Of a stretch of 64,000 bases of DNA, positions 24,478 to 38,189 are shown piece by piece. How positions within the stretch are numbered: the stretch's first letter is position 1; each line of letters starts with the position of its first letter. The stretch is from Squalus acanthias (taxonomy: Eukaryota), in assembly GCA_030390025.1 (NCBI GenBank), contig CM059432.1, forward strand, positions 69,318,001 through 69,382,000, read 5' to 3'. The notes under the pieces were generated by a model. It ran no database searches, was not told where the DNA came from, and worked only from the letters and a program-made list of their open reading frames with translations. The translations under genes were made by a program, and so were the position numbers.

Positions 24478-25230
24478 AAATAAAAAAGGTGACATCACTA
24501 AAGAAGCCCTGATATTTATTTTGGGACAAGTTTCATTTGGATTAAAGCAAAGTGCCACTGTTACCCCACCTGTGAATTGCAGTTATTGGAACAGTAGACC
24601 CAAGCTCCATTTTTATGAAGAAATGCAGTGGGAAATGTGTATGACCAATAACATTGAGTGTTAAAACAATGTTGGCAGAGGCCCAGAAGCAAGTTGCCTT
24701 CCCCCCTCTCAGCCTGGAATGGTATGTTGGGGGAGGGAGCGGGAATGCAATCTAAAAATATAAGGAGTCATATCCTTGACAAAGACTAAGTGTAGCTGAC
24801 AGCAGTACATTAATGGGGATTTACCTGTCCTCTAGTAATCCGATGCCTCCTCTAATAAGGAGATTAAAACGATGTTTGTACGGCGGTGAATAGTCTCAGC
24901 TCCACACATCACAGTGCTAATGCTATTTAGTGGCATTGCAACAGTGATTGTATTTTGCTTGTTGTCTTGATTCAAATGATACAGTATGGACTTATGATGT
25001 GAACGGGCATGTTTTATGTATATTCAGCCATAGTCACAACATTACCTACATAAATCTCCCCAGGTTACAGTGGAGAGAGGATGCAGGGTGTGACAGAACA
25101 TTTATCTCATTGACCATCTAACATATAACAGATCGCAGAATCAACAGTGCATCCTTTTCTGTTGTGAAAATATTTCTAGAATTTTATGTTACTTCTATAG
25201 CTTATGTGACTTTTGAATACTAGATCTATC

Positions 25231-26156
25231 GGGGGTTATTTTGGCCAAAGGGTGAAAACAAGCGCTAAATGGGTGCAGTGCTAATAAGACTATCTTCTTT
25301 GAAAGTCTGGATTTAGCACACAATTTTGGTTCTAATTACCATAATTTAAACTTGCCTGGAGGTGCTAAACCAGACTGCAGGTTTAGCACCAAAGTGCTGA
25401 TTAGACGCAATTTTCGTGGAGCAGTATATGTGAGCACCTCACACCCACTTCCACTGAAGGTGTGGTGTGCTCTGGTTGGCACACAGTGGCACATTGCAGG
25501 ATGGCTCAGGGACCAAGGAAGAATGCGCACAGGTTCTCAGATGCGGTACTGGAGGTCCTGGTGGAGGAGGTCCAGAGGAGGAGGAATGTTCTGTACTCGC
25601 AGGGGAGAAGGACGCCACCTCTCCCTCCTTGCCCTCCTGTCTCTCTCTCTCCTGCAGCTGGTGCTCGTCTGCCTGGCCTCATGTCCTCCCCCCATTTCTT
25701 GTCCAGATCAGAGAATTTCAGGAATAAATGTTGCTCGAGTGTTGGTGAAGTCTTGGCAAAGTGTCCCAGAACGTCTCCCGATGTGTTTCAGAGGTCCTCT
25801 TCACAGCTCCTGCAGCAATGTGTGAAATGGTGAGTTATCCTTTAAGTAGCATTTGAAATCAACATTAACGTTATGTTCACTCACAAACAGCTTGTTGCTG
25901 TTAAGAGAGGGCGTTAGTTGAAGCGCTAGCAACCAAAATGTCATGCTGCCTCTTTAATGAGCACCATCAGGCATTTTAAGTAGCAATCAGTTGTTTAGCA
26001 AGCCTCCAGATGGCCGTCCCTAGCGCTGACTTCAACTCCTTTAGCAAGATGGCGTCTTGCACTAAATGCGGGCTAAATCAGAGTTGCAGCTTAAGAGCCC
26101 ATCTTGGGCAACTCAAAGGCTCTTCAGCATTTAAAGTATTTGGCGAAAATCGCCCC
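25231..26156. mobile_element. Harbinger deletion derivative (Myb 5' end joined to antisense transposase 5' end)
   Basis: TIRs ggggttattttggcc / ggcgaaaatcgcccc; MAQGPRKNAHRFSDAVLEVLVEEVQRRRNVLY from 25501. Confidence 0.8.
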
Positions 26157-26289
26157 TATCAAGTCTTACTCATTTGGAGTGAGACTCACTCATTCAGGTT
26201 TAAATATACAAGTTATTTTCATGTATGTCACTGTGAAATGTAAACACCTTCTTATGTGTTGAAATGGGTTTGATGCAACTCCCAACATT

Positions 26290-26467
26290 TCCTCAGTGTT
26301 GACAGTTTTGATGAATAATGAAAGCACTCATACTGCGGAGTTTTGTCCACTGGAAGATGGACTTAGTTTGGCAGCATTCATTTCTCTTCAGATCTCTACA
26401 GAAATCAGGGAGAAAAAATTTCATCATATGAGCCTGAGCTAGATTCAAACTCTGTTTCTAAAAGTCA
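26290..26467 (-). mobile_element. Degenerate tRNA-derived SINE resembling LF-SINE
   Basis: Reverse complement: B-box gtttgaatctagctcagg ... gagaaatgaatg..agtccatcttccagtggaca..tccgca, collinear with recalled LF-SINE motifs. Confidence 0.45.
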
Positions 26468-29095
26468 GAACATAAGAACATATGAATTAGGAGCAGGAGG
26501 AGGCCATACAGCCCCTCAAGCCTGCTCTGCCATTTACTAAGATCATGGCTGATCTTCGACCTCAACTCCACTTTCCTGCCCGATCCCCATATCAATTGAT
26601 TCCCCTAGAGTCCAAAAATCTATCTCAGCCTTGAATACACTCAATGATTCAGCATTCACAGCATTTTGGGGTACAGAATTCCAAAGATTCACAACCCTCT
26701 GAGTGAAGAAATTCCTCCTCATCTCAGCCTTAAATAGCCAACCCCCTTAACCTGAGACTATGCCTCCTAGCTCTAATCTCTCCAGCCAAGGGAAAAAAAC
26801 CTCTCAGCATCTACCCTGTCAATCCCCCTCAGAATCTTATATGTTTCAATGAAATCACCTCTCATTCTTCTAAATTCCAGGGAGTATAGGCCCAATCTAC
26901 TTAATCTCTCCTCATAGGACAACCCTCTTATCCCAGGAATCTAATGAACCTTTGTTGCACCGACTCTAAGGCAAGTATATACTTCCTCAGATAAGGAGAC
27001 CAAAGCCCTGTATAATTGTAGCAAGACTTCCTTACTCTTGTACTCCAACCCACTTGCAATAAAGCCAACATGTCATTTGCCTTCCTAATTGCTTGCTGTA
27101 CCTGCAGCTAACTCTCTGTGTTTCCTGTATGAGGACACCTAAATCTCTCTGAACACCAACATTTAATAGTTTCTCACCATTTAAAAAATATTCTGTTTTT
27201 CCATTCTTCCTACCGAAGTGAATTACCTCACATTTCCCCACATTATACTCCATCTGCCACCTTATTGCCCACTGACTTAACCTGTCTATATCCCTTGGCA
27301 GGCATGTCCTCCTCCCTAGCTTTGTATCATCAGCAAACTTGGATACATTACACTCTGTCCCTTCATCTAAGTCAGCAATATAGATTCTAAATAGCTGAGG
27401 CCCAAGCACTGATCCTTGCAACACCCTACTAGTTACAGCCTGCCAACCAGAAAATGACCCGTTTATCCCTACTCTTGTTTTCTGTCCATTAACCGATCCT
27501 CTATCCACGGTAATATATTACCCCCAATCGCATGAGCCTTATCTTGCATAGCAACCTTTTATGTGGCACCTTATCAAATGCCTTTTGGAAATCCAAATAT
27601 ACTACATCCACTGGTTCCCCTTTACCTACCTTGCTAGTTACATCCTCAAAAAACTCTAATAAATTTGTTAAACACGATTTCCCTTTCATAAAACCATGTT
27701 GACTCTGCCTAATCATATTACGATTTTCTAAGTGCCGTGTTACCACTTCCTTAATAATGGATTCCAGCATTTTCCCGACAACTGATGTCAGGCTAACTGG
27801 CCTGTAGTTCCCTGTTTTCTCTCTCCCTCCTTTTTTGAATAGCGGGGTTACATTTTCTATCTTCCAATCCGCTGGGACCCTTCTAGAATGTAGAGAATTT
27901 TGGGAGATCACAACTGATGCATCCACTATCTCTGCAACCACCTCTTTTAAAACCCTAGAATGTAGGCCATCAGGTCATGGGGATTTGTTGGCTTTTAGTC
28001 CCATTAGTTTCTCAAGTACTTTATCTCTCCTGATCTTGATTACTTTAAGTTTCTCAATCTCATAAGCCCCTTGTTTCCCCATTATTTTTGGTATGATTTT
28101 TGTGTCTTCTACTGTGAAGACAGATGCAAGTTATTTGTTTAAAGTCTCTACCATTTCCTTATTCCCCATTATAATTTCACCTGTCTCAGCCTCTAAGGGA
28201 CCAACTCTTACTTTTGCTATTCTCTTCCTTTTTACATACTTGTAGAAGCTCTTACAATCTGTTTTTATATTTCTTACTAGTTTACTCTCATATTCCATTT
28301 TCTCCCTTTTTATCAATTTTTTGGTCATCCTTTGCTGGTTTCTAAAGCTCTCCCAATCCTCAGGCTTACTACTATTCTTCACAACATTATAAGCCTCTTC
28401 TTTTAATCTAATACTATCCTTAACTTCTTTAGTTAGTCACGGATGGATCACTTTTCCCGTGGAGTTTTTATTTCTCAATGGAATGTATATTCATTGAGAA
28501 TTTTGGAATATTTCTTTAAATATTTTCCACTGTTTATCTACCGTCATACCTTTTAATCTAATTTCCCAATCTACCTTAGCCAACTCTCCCCTCATACCTA
28601 TATAATTGGCTTTAATTAAGTATAAGACTCTAGTTTCCGACTTAAGTTTTTCACTCTCAAACTTAATGTAAATTTCTATCATATTATGATTACTCTTCCC
28701 CAGAGGATCCTTTATGATGAGATTACTAATTAACCTTGTCTCATGACACAATACAAATCTAAAATAGTCTGGTTGGTTCCACGATGTATTGTTCTGAAAC
28801 TGTCTCTAATACATTCCATGAACTTGTCCTCCAGACTACCTTTGCCAATTTGATTTGCCTAGTCTATATGAAGATTAAAGTCCCCCACGATTATTATATT
28901 ACCTTTGTTACAAGCTCCTATTATTTGTTGATTAATACTCTATCCAGCAGTATAGCTACTGTTAGTGGGCCTATAAACTACTCCCACCGGTATTTTCTGT
29001 CCCTTGTTATCTCTTATCTCCACCCATATTGATTCTACTTCCTGATCTTCTGAGCCAAGATCCTTTCTCACTACTGTTCTTATGTCATCCTTTAT
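26468..29095 (-). mobile_element. CR1 LINE, 5'-truncated (endonuclease C-terminus to 3' tail)
   Basis: NYRPVSLTSVVGKMLE, QHGFMKGKSCLTNL, YLDFQKAFDKVPH, FADDTK; (aagaacat) tail. Confidence 0.95.
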
Positions 29096-29099
29096 TATC

Positions 29100-30570
29100 A
29101 AATCTGCCATCGTTACTTCCCCTCCTCAGAAAGCTCACCTTTATCCACCTTTATCCCTCTGTCCTTGCAAATTACCACCCCTTCTCTAACCTCCCTTTCC
29201 TCTCCAAAGTGATTGAATGTGTAATCGCCTCCCAAATCCGTGTCTATCTTTAGTACAACTCCATGTTTGAACCCCTCCAATCAGGTTTCTGTCCCTGTCA
29301 CAGCACTGAAACAGCCCTAATCAAATTCATAAATGACCTTTTCTCTGACTGTGTCTGTGGTGCACTATCACTCCTCATCCTTCTCAACTTCTCTGCAGCC
29401 TTTGACATGGTTGACCGCTGCATCCTCCTCCAATGATACTCCTCTCTTTTCAAGCTGAATGGGACTGCTCTAGCCTGGTTCCACTCTTATCCAGTCTTTG
29501 CCAGAGAATCTACTGCTTTGCTTCCTACCCCTGCACCATTACATCTGGAGTCCCCCATGGATCAATCTTTGGCCCTCTCCTATTTCTCATCTACATGCTG
29601 TCTCTCGATGACATCATCCAAAGACATGGCATTATTGTTCCACATGTCGCTGACGACACTCAGCTCCACCTCACCATCACCTCTCTCAACCCCTCCACTG
29701 CCTCTGTGTTGTCAGACTGCTTGTCCGACATCAAGTCCTAGATGAGCTGCAATTTCCTCCAATTAAAGATTGGGAAGACTGAAGCCACTGTCTTTGGCAC
29801 CCACCATGAATTCCATTGCCTCGCCAATGATTCCATCCTCCTCCCTGGTCACTGTCTCTGGCTCAACCAAATTGTTTGCAAACTCAGCATCCCATGTGAC
29901 CCAAAATGAGCTTCCAACCATGTATCCTCTCCATCGCAAACTTCCACCTCCGTAACATCCCCCGTCTCTCCCCCTGCCTTAGCCCATCTGCTGCTGAAAC
30001 TCTTATCCATGCTTTTGTTACCTCCAATGTTCTCCTAGCCCATCTTCCACCCTCCATAAATTAGAGCTCATCCAAAACTTTGCTGCCCATATCCCAACCT
30101 GTACCAAGTCCCCTCACCTTTAACCCTGTCCTCGCTACTCTGGATCCTGGTCCATCAATGCCTTGATTTTATGTACTCATCCTCGTGTTCAATTCCCTCT
30201 GTGGCCTTGCCCCTCCCTATCTCTGTAACCTCCTCTAACCCTCCAAGAATTCTGCATGCCTCCAACTCTAGTCTCTTGTGCATCCCCCACTCCTTTTGCC
30301 CCAGCATTGGTGGCCGTGCCTTCAGCCATTTAGGCCGTAAGCTCTGGAATTCCCTCCCTAAACCTCTCCACCTCTCCCCCTCTCTCTCCTCCTTTAAGAC
30401 ACTCCTTAAAACCTACCTCTTTAAAGAAGCTTTTAGTCACCTGTCTTAATATCCTAATATCTCCTTCTTTGGCACTGTCTGAAATTTTGGCAGATTATGC
30501 TCCTGTGAAGCGCCTTGGAACGTTTTCCTACACTAAAGGTGCGATAGAAATGTTGTTGTTGTTGTTGTTA
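29100..30570 (+). mobile_element. L2 LINE RT-to-tail fragment
   Basis: LANYHPFSNLPFLSKVIE, GVPHGSIFGPLLFLIY, VADDTQL, IGGRAFSHLGRKLWNSLP; (GTT)n tail. Confidence 0.92.
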
Positions 30571-31317
30571 TTGTATGAAGCTAAGCAGTGGGCAAACTAT
30601 TTGACCATGGAGGACATCACAGTCAAGTCTAATTTTGTCCTCTGTTGATGAGCACCATTAGCTTGGGGGAATTAGTGTTTCTGTTCAGAATGTTTATTTA
30701 TTTATTGTTAATCTGCAGTTTAGGTTGACAAGCATCATTGTAAAAAAAAGTAAAAGAAACAGAAGAAAATCCCACAATCTGTGGCACCATTAATTTCACA
30801 AAACAATTATTAATTCTTTGGTGGAGAAGTCATTAATTTTAAAGATTGCAAAATCCCTGGCTGCAAGCCTTTGTTTTCCAATATATGCTTCCTGCTTGCG
30901 CCATGCCTCGCTGGAAGCATTGAATCAATGCTTGTAAGAAAAATAAAAGCAAAAAAGAGGATGAAGCCAAAATTCCTTGGTGGTTCTGGCAGACTCCTGC
31001 CATAATTCTGACAGCATTCTGCCTGAAATGCCACAAACTTCGCCGGGACCCGGATAAATCCCCTTACATCGCTGGCCTTGCAGAGGCAGTCAGAGGCTCC
31101 ACCCCCCACATAAGACCATTCTAGAAATTTTGCCCTGCAAACAGGACCACTGTGTCATCAATATAAGGTTAATGTACCCTGGTCCTGGCAAAGTTTGCAG
31201 CCATTCCTACAAAATTTGGCTTATTGAATCATGGGTGGCATCATAGTTTGTATTCTCATCTGATACCCACATAATTGTACTTTAAAGCAGAAGTCACTTG
31301 AACAGGATTGCAAACCT

Positions 31318-32500
31318 AGGCTCCCTCAGTGGCTCAGTGAGTTAATTCAGTGAGCAGCTGAGTCATACAGACAGGGAAGATCACAGGTCAATCCAAAGGA
31401 TGCATTACCTGATCTCAGCTAGGGCTGCTGAGAGACACTATGGGGGAGAAATTCAGTGGCGCCCCCGGTAGGGCAAAGCAACCTAATTTTAGCACCCTGA
31501 AAAAGTTAGCACCCCTGCGCCGTAAATTCAGTAGTAGCGCCCCAAGCAGGAAGCAGGACGCTACTGGAAGCGCTCCCCCTCCTTCTTGAGGCGCTACCAG
31601 TGAATTTTGCAGTGCTACGTGCAACAGCACCATGCGCATCAGCACGTAGCGCCGCGACATTGTAGGCCTCCCTCCCCTGATTAAAGGGGAGGGGCCTTGC
31701 GCTGCGCGCACCGAGGCCCTGCTGGACCACCGGGGAGCGGGGTGCGGGTAAACAGCCCAGTACTCAAGAGGAGTGCCTGGCTGAGCAATCGTGGTCGGCA
31801 GCCCGATGAAAAAAGGGGAAGGGGGCAGGTGATGGCAGTCAGCCAAAAGAAAATGGCCGCCTGACACCTGCCCTTTAAGTAGCGCCAACCCAGCTGCAAA
31901 AACGCCACCCTGACCCTGTCGGACGTATCGCCCGGCAATAGGTCGGGGGGCGCAACCCCAGTTTGCTGCCGGGGCGCGAGCGGGGCGCTGTGCACGGCGA
32001 TGACATCATTGGCGGCAGCGCAGTGTAGCACTAACGGCTACTGCCGCAGGTAACCTCCCGCTGAATTTCGCGGGAGGCATTAGCGGCGTCGCGCCTGGGT
32101 GCTAGGGGCTTTACATCCTGTCAGCCCCCCCCCCCCCACCGGGAGGCGCAAATCAGCCCAATTTTTCCCCCTATAATTGGTGTAAACGCCACCGAATCAG
32201 GAAGGGGAAAATCAACCAGGATTCCTGCTCCTGATCACAATCCAGTGAACTGCTGGAAAGTGCGCATGGGTATTGGGTGAGGAGAGGATTGGGCTTGGCT
32301 GTAACCTCCCACGCCGCTCTTTCCATCCTCATGGTGAATAGCCTTCTGGCACTCACTATAAAGGCACCCCCATGAATAATGGCTCCTTAGGCATAGTACT
32401 GAAGGGTAACTAGTGTCATTGAAGTATACCACAAGTGTCAATATGCATACTTACATGAAAGGAGGGAAAGGGAGAAAATTGGCAGAGAGAAAAAAAATGG
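31318..32500 (+). mobile_element. Near full-length AmnSINE2-like SINE interrupted by a MITE
   Basis: A-box-like tggctcagtgag; tgatctcagctaggg..actat|aattgg..ggaaggggaaaatcaaccaggattcctgctcctgatcacaatccagtga; ends gggagaaaattggcag plus A-tract. Confidence 0.65.
31442..32171. mobile_element. GC/CpG-rich Harbinger MITE
   Basis: TIR gggggagaaatt / aatttttccccc; TAT TSD on both sides. Confidence 0.88.
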
Positions 32501-34149
32501 ACAAAAAAACATGAGATATCCTAAACTGATTTTTTTTCCTTCTTCCTAGCTCAAGCTGGTTAAGACAATTAAAGCATAATTATTTCCACCCAGCTAAGTC
32601 AAGTAGGATGATAGCAGAATAAGATACTTTAGTTAAGGGGAGAGACTTGAGATACAGGAGGAGTTCTCTGCAGCCATTTTGCTCTCCTCCCTCTTACCCC
32701 TGATAACCCAGTCGAGATGGGAAACTCATCTCCTAATGTAGGGAAGACCAATGGAAAAATATGATTGGATTCAAATTCAGGTCTCCAAGGTGATTGAAGT
32801 CCACAACTCTGGCACTGTAGCTAACAATTAATGTATTCATTGAATCAGTCATTCTGAAACCATAACATATTATCCACCTGACCAACCAACCACATTCAGG
32901 TAAATTACATTATCAACTTGCTTATTTTCCTTCCAAATAGCAGTGAGCTGAGATGGATCTTTCAATTAACTACATGGTTTTATGATGAGCTAAAAATTCT
33001 ACCTCTCCCAGAAAGTGCGGTTGGAGTTATTGAGGAGAGATTGCCAGTCATGCGTCATTTTCTAAACTTTTCATAAGATTTTGATATACTTCTGTGAGTT
33101 TGCATTTGTTTCTCTATGTCCCTGTTCAATTTATTTGAAAAACTGAGATTTTGCTAAACATTATTAAAATATATCCAATAGTAATACTTAGAAGACGAAT
33201 GATTAAAGAGCTTTAAATATTTCCCATATACAGCAAGACAAAGCTCAAAGCTATTGTAATATTGGGTGTATTATTCAGTTAAATGCTGCAAGTCTATCAG
33301 CCTAGATATTATAAAGAGAATTCTAGTGCTGAGTATCGCCATGGAGGGCTATGCTATGTCCTGCTGTTAACAAAGATACTATAAACTGAATTTTCATCAC
33401 TATGTAGTAGCTCCTGTTGTAATCCCTTTTTCTACCTGGCCCTTGCTGTTAATACAGGCCACCTACTGTGGGGACTTATCCAGAACTCATGCACCCCACG
33501 TAGTCGGCAGAGACTGCTAATCCCAGCAGTAGGCCTTATTTAACCAAATCAGGATTTGTTGATCCTATCCCAGCTGGTGTAAATTGAGCATTTGCTGAGT
33601 TGTTGACAGCCCAGGGGCTGACAGGCTTCAGAGGTGGAATACCCAGCAGGATTAACATTAGTTTACTTCACTAATTAACACTGGTGAGGATGATCCAACA
33701 GTGGAGATATAATGACTGGCAAATCATGACTAACATCACAACTAAACTATAGTCTTTCTCAGACCTTTACAGTGACAGAAACACAACTATGTGTAAATAA
33801 TAGGGAAACGAGGCGTGTGACACAAGCCACACTCTACTATTAATAATAGGTCATAAAGGAGAAGGATTCAAAAGATAATTTAAATACGCATTATGAGTTC
33901 TGTAATAACTACAAAGAATGATCCTGAGAGGTACATCTGTGATTAGTATTTATTACATTATTACAGAGAAATCAAGGAAAGAATAGTGAGTGATGAGGAA
34001 AGCATTATGAGAGCTGCAGTACACTGCTATAGAGCATGCATTGAGACATTACTACCAAATTAGTCATTGAGATTTGTACTTCTTTAACTTCTTTACTAAT
34101 TACATGGAAACATGATTTAATGCTGCCAATTTCAAACCAAACTTGAGCA

Positions 34150-35676
34150 CCCCAACCACCAGACTGATTCCCCAGTGTTGGAGGTCTGAGTTATGGAGAA
34201 ACTTGAGGTCTTCTCTTGGAAAGGAGGCATCAAAGATAGAGGTATATAAATAGAATGGTATGGAAAAGGTAAATAAAGGTAAATCTGAAATATTACTTTA
34301 AAGAAAATTGTGAAAGTAAGAACGCAGGTTTAAATTAGTAGATGGCAAATTTAGGACTGATATTAGGAAATTCTTCTCACAGAAATATTGATCAATACAG
34401 GGAAGAGAAACCTGGAATTATTTAAGAAACAACTGGATGCAGAAATGGGGGGACTGTAGATACTTCTGTATGGATGAAGATAAGTTGATTAGTCTTCCTC
34501 ATCTGTAATTATCTTGTGAACTTATGACTAAGAGGAACTATGAAATTAAATTATTGAGGAACATAAAACAAAATAGTAAAATATTCTACAGGCACATAAA
34601 TAAAAAAAGGAAAGTCAGGTAGGGAATAGGGCCCACTAAGGGATGGACAGGATAAAATCACAGGCAGCGATAGAGAAATGGCAGAAATATTAAATAATTA
34701 CTTTGCTTCAGTATTTACCAGAGAGAGAGAACAGGTGGACATGACATCAAATGATGAGATTAGAAATGAGATAACCGCATTTAAAATAAAGAGGAGAAAT
34801 ATTAAATAAACTAATGAAACTCAAAGAGGATAAAAACCCTGCTCCAGACGGATTACATCCATGCAGTTTAAAAGAATCTAGGGAAGAGATAGCAGAGGCA
34901 CTACTGCACATATTTAATAATTCGTTAGAAAAAGGTCTAGTGCCAGAGGACTGGCGGATAGCTAACGTAATACCTAAATTTAAGAAGGGAGATAGAACAT
35001 GTCCAGGGAACTATAGACCAGTCAGCTTAACATTGGTGGTAGGAAAAATAATAAAATTCCTACTAAAGCAGAAAATAGAAGAACATCTAGAAACCAAAAA
35101 AGATAATAATGAATAGTCAGCATGGATTTCAAAAGGGAAAGTCTTGCTTGATCAACCTCATTGAATTTTATGAAAAGGTAACAGAGAGAGTAGACAAGGG
35201 TAATGTAGTAGATGTAATTTATCTAGATTTTCAAAAGGCCTTCGATAAGGTACCACAAAATAGACTAATGAATAAGGTCAGAGAATGCGGAGTCGGGGAC
35301 AAGTAGCAGAATGGATAGCTAGCTGGCTTCAAGACAGAAAGCAGCGAATGGAGTAGCTATTCAGAGTGGCAGAAGGTGGGAAGTGGTGTTCCACAAGGAT
35401 CAGTGCTGGGACCAATGTTTTCACAATTTATATTAATGATTTAGACTTTGGAATCAAAAACACAATTTTTAAATTTGCAGATGACATCAAATTGGGAGGG
35501 GGTTGTCAATACTGAGGAGGACTGCAACAAATTACAGGAAGACATTAATAAACTTGCAGAATGGGCATATAATTGGCAAATAAATTTCAACACAGGTAAA
35601 TGTGCGGTATTACATTTTGGTAAGCAAAATAGGGAGGTCACATATTACTTGGAAAATTAGCATCTAAATGGGGTAG
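34150..35676 (+). mobile_element. Older CR1 fragments (degenerate 3' end 34150-34520; RT region 34540-35676)
   Basis: DGLHPCSLKE..NYRPVSLT; QHGFQKGKSCL..YLDFQKAFDKVP. Confidence 0.85.
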
Positions 35677-37572
35677 GTGACTCAACCGTGGCTAACAAGG
35701 GAAATTAGGAATAGCATAAGATCCAAGGAGAGGACATATAAATTGGCCAGAAAAAGCAGCAAGCCTGAAGATTGGGAGCAGTTTAGGATTCAGCAAAGGA
35801 GGACAAAGGGATTAATTAAGAGGGGGAAAATAGAGTATGAGAGTAAGCTTGCAGAGAACATAAAAACTGATTGTAAAAGCTTCTGTAGATATGTGAAGAG
35901 AAAAAGATTGGTGAAGTCAAGCATAGGTCCCTTGCAGTCAGAATCAGGGGAATTTATAATGGGGAACAAAGAAATGGCAGACCAATTAAATACATACTTT
36001 GGTTCTGTCTTCACAAAGGAGGACACAAATAACCTCCCAGAGATGTCGGGGAACATTGGGTCTAATGAGAGGGAAGAACTGAATGAAATCAGTATTTGTA
36101 GGGAAATGGTGTTAGGGAAATTGACGGGTTTGAAGGCCGATAAATCCCCAGGGCTTGATAATCTACATCCTATGGTACTTAAGGAAGTGGCCCTAGAAAT
36201 AGTAGATGCATTGCTGATCATCTTCCAAAATTCTATAGACTCTGGAACAGTTCCCATGGATTGGAGGGTAGCTAATGTAACCCCACTATTTAAAAAAGGT
36301 GGTAGAGAGAAAACGGGGAATTATAGACCGGTAAGCCTGACATCGGTAGTGGGGAAAATGCTAAAGTCCATTATAAAAGATGTAATAGCAGAGCACTTGG
36401 AAAACAGTGACAGGATCGGACAAAGTCAACATGGATTTACAAAAGGTAAATCATGCTTGACTAATCTAATGGAATTTTTTGAGGATGTAACTGGTAGAAT
36501 AGATAAGGGAGAACCAGTGGATGTGGTGTATTTGGACTTTCAGAAGGCTTTCGATAAGGTCCCGCATAAGAGATTAGCATGCAAAGTTAAAGCGCGTGGG
36601 ATTGGGGGTAAGGTACGGACTTGGATAGAGAACTGGTTGGCAGACAGGAAGCAAAGAGTTGAACTAAAGGGTCTTTTTCCGAGTGTCAGGCAGTGACTAG
36701 TGGGGTACCTCAGGGATCGGTGCTAGGACCCCAGCTATTCACAATATATATTAATGATCTAGACGAGGGAACTAGATGTAATATCTCCAAGTTTGCAGAT
36801 GACACAAAGCTGGGTGGGCGTGTGTGCTGTGAGGAGGATGCAGAGAATTCCAGTATGATTTGGACAGGTTGGGTGATTGGGCAGATGCATGGCAGATGCA
36901 GTATAATGTGAATAAATGTGAGGTTATCCACTTTGGTGGCAAAAACAGGAAGACAGATTATTATCTGAACGGCAATAGATTGGGAAAAGGGGAAGTGCAA
37001 CGAGACCTGGGTGTCCTCGTGCACCAGTCGCTGAAGGTAAGCATGCAGGTGCAGCAAGCGGTTAAGAAGGCAAATGGTACGTTGGCCTTCATAGTGAGAG
37101 GATTCGAGTACAGGAGCAAGGATGTCTTGCTGCAGTTGTACTGGGCCTTGGTGAGACCACACCTTGAGTATTGTGTGCAGTTTTGGTCGCCTTATCTGAG
37201 GAAGGATGTTCTTGCCATGGAGGGAGTGCAGCGAAGATTCACCAGACTGATACCTGGGATGGCAGGAATGACGTATGAAGAGAGATTGGGTCGATTAGGC
37301 TTATATTCGCTAGAGTTTAGAAGAATGAGAGGGGATCTCATTGAAACTTATAAAATTCTAACAGGACTAGACAGAATAGATGCAGGAAGGATGTTCCTGA
37401 TGGCGGGGGAGTCCAGAACCAGGGGTCACAGTCCCTGTGGGGAATAGAGGGTTTTGCTGATAGAGTTAGATGAGGAAAGATGGGAGGAGGCTCAAATGGA
37501 GCATAAATGCTGGCATGGACTGGTTGGGCTGAAAGGCCTGTTTCAGTGCCGTATATCCTAGGTAATCCTATG
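35677..37572 (+). mobile_element. Younger CR1 ORF2 fragment (35677-37433) joined to a different CR1 3' tail (37434-37572)
   Basis: 339-aa open RT region, FADD motif, C-terminus to TRGHS; tail matches the family at 14666-14800. Confidence 0.92.
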
Positions 37573-37654
37573 GTGCCTTTCAGTAAAGGCACTGCATGAT
37601 GTGGTATTGAGTAATATAGAGCAGGAGGAGCCAACATCCAGTTCCTGGCATTCC

Positions 37655-37760
37655 TCCATCTTGGTGAAAGATCTACAACTGAAACATTTAGCTGCGTTTT
37701 CACTTTTCAGGTGCTTATGGGCCTGCTGTATATTTCTAACATTTTCTCCTTTTATTTCAA
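37655..37760 (+). mobile_element. Highly degenerate Penelope pLTR
   Basis: tgaaagatctacaactgaaacattta..gcctgctgtatatttctaacattttct..tttatttca. Confidence 0.5.
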
Positions 37761-38189
37761 TTCATGCTCTGTGCTGATCTTCATCAGAGCAATGATGGTA
37801 ACAGATGCCTGTCCCCAAGCAAAGAATGGGAAAATATTATAAATTGGGATGTTTCTGTTCCTGGACACCAGTCAGTGACCCCTCCATCGCCAGAAGTACT
37901 AGTGTGGATCCTGTGATGGAATAACTCACCGATATTTTCTTTCCAGGCTCAGGTTTAAAGAATGATCACTTCGGCGAATCACTGTGCTTCACATCATACT
38001 CCAACACGAATCTCACCTTCAAGAAAAAAGGGGTAAAGGGTTAAAATCATAGGGCAAACTGGAGAAAAAAAAACCTGAATGGAAGATTAGGTAGACTCTA
38101 GTCAGCAGGTGCACTGGTGTTATGATTTGCTGCATGTGCCTATCACAATCTCAACATTCCTTTCATGTGTAAGTCATTGAAGAAGTTAG

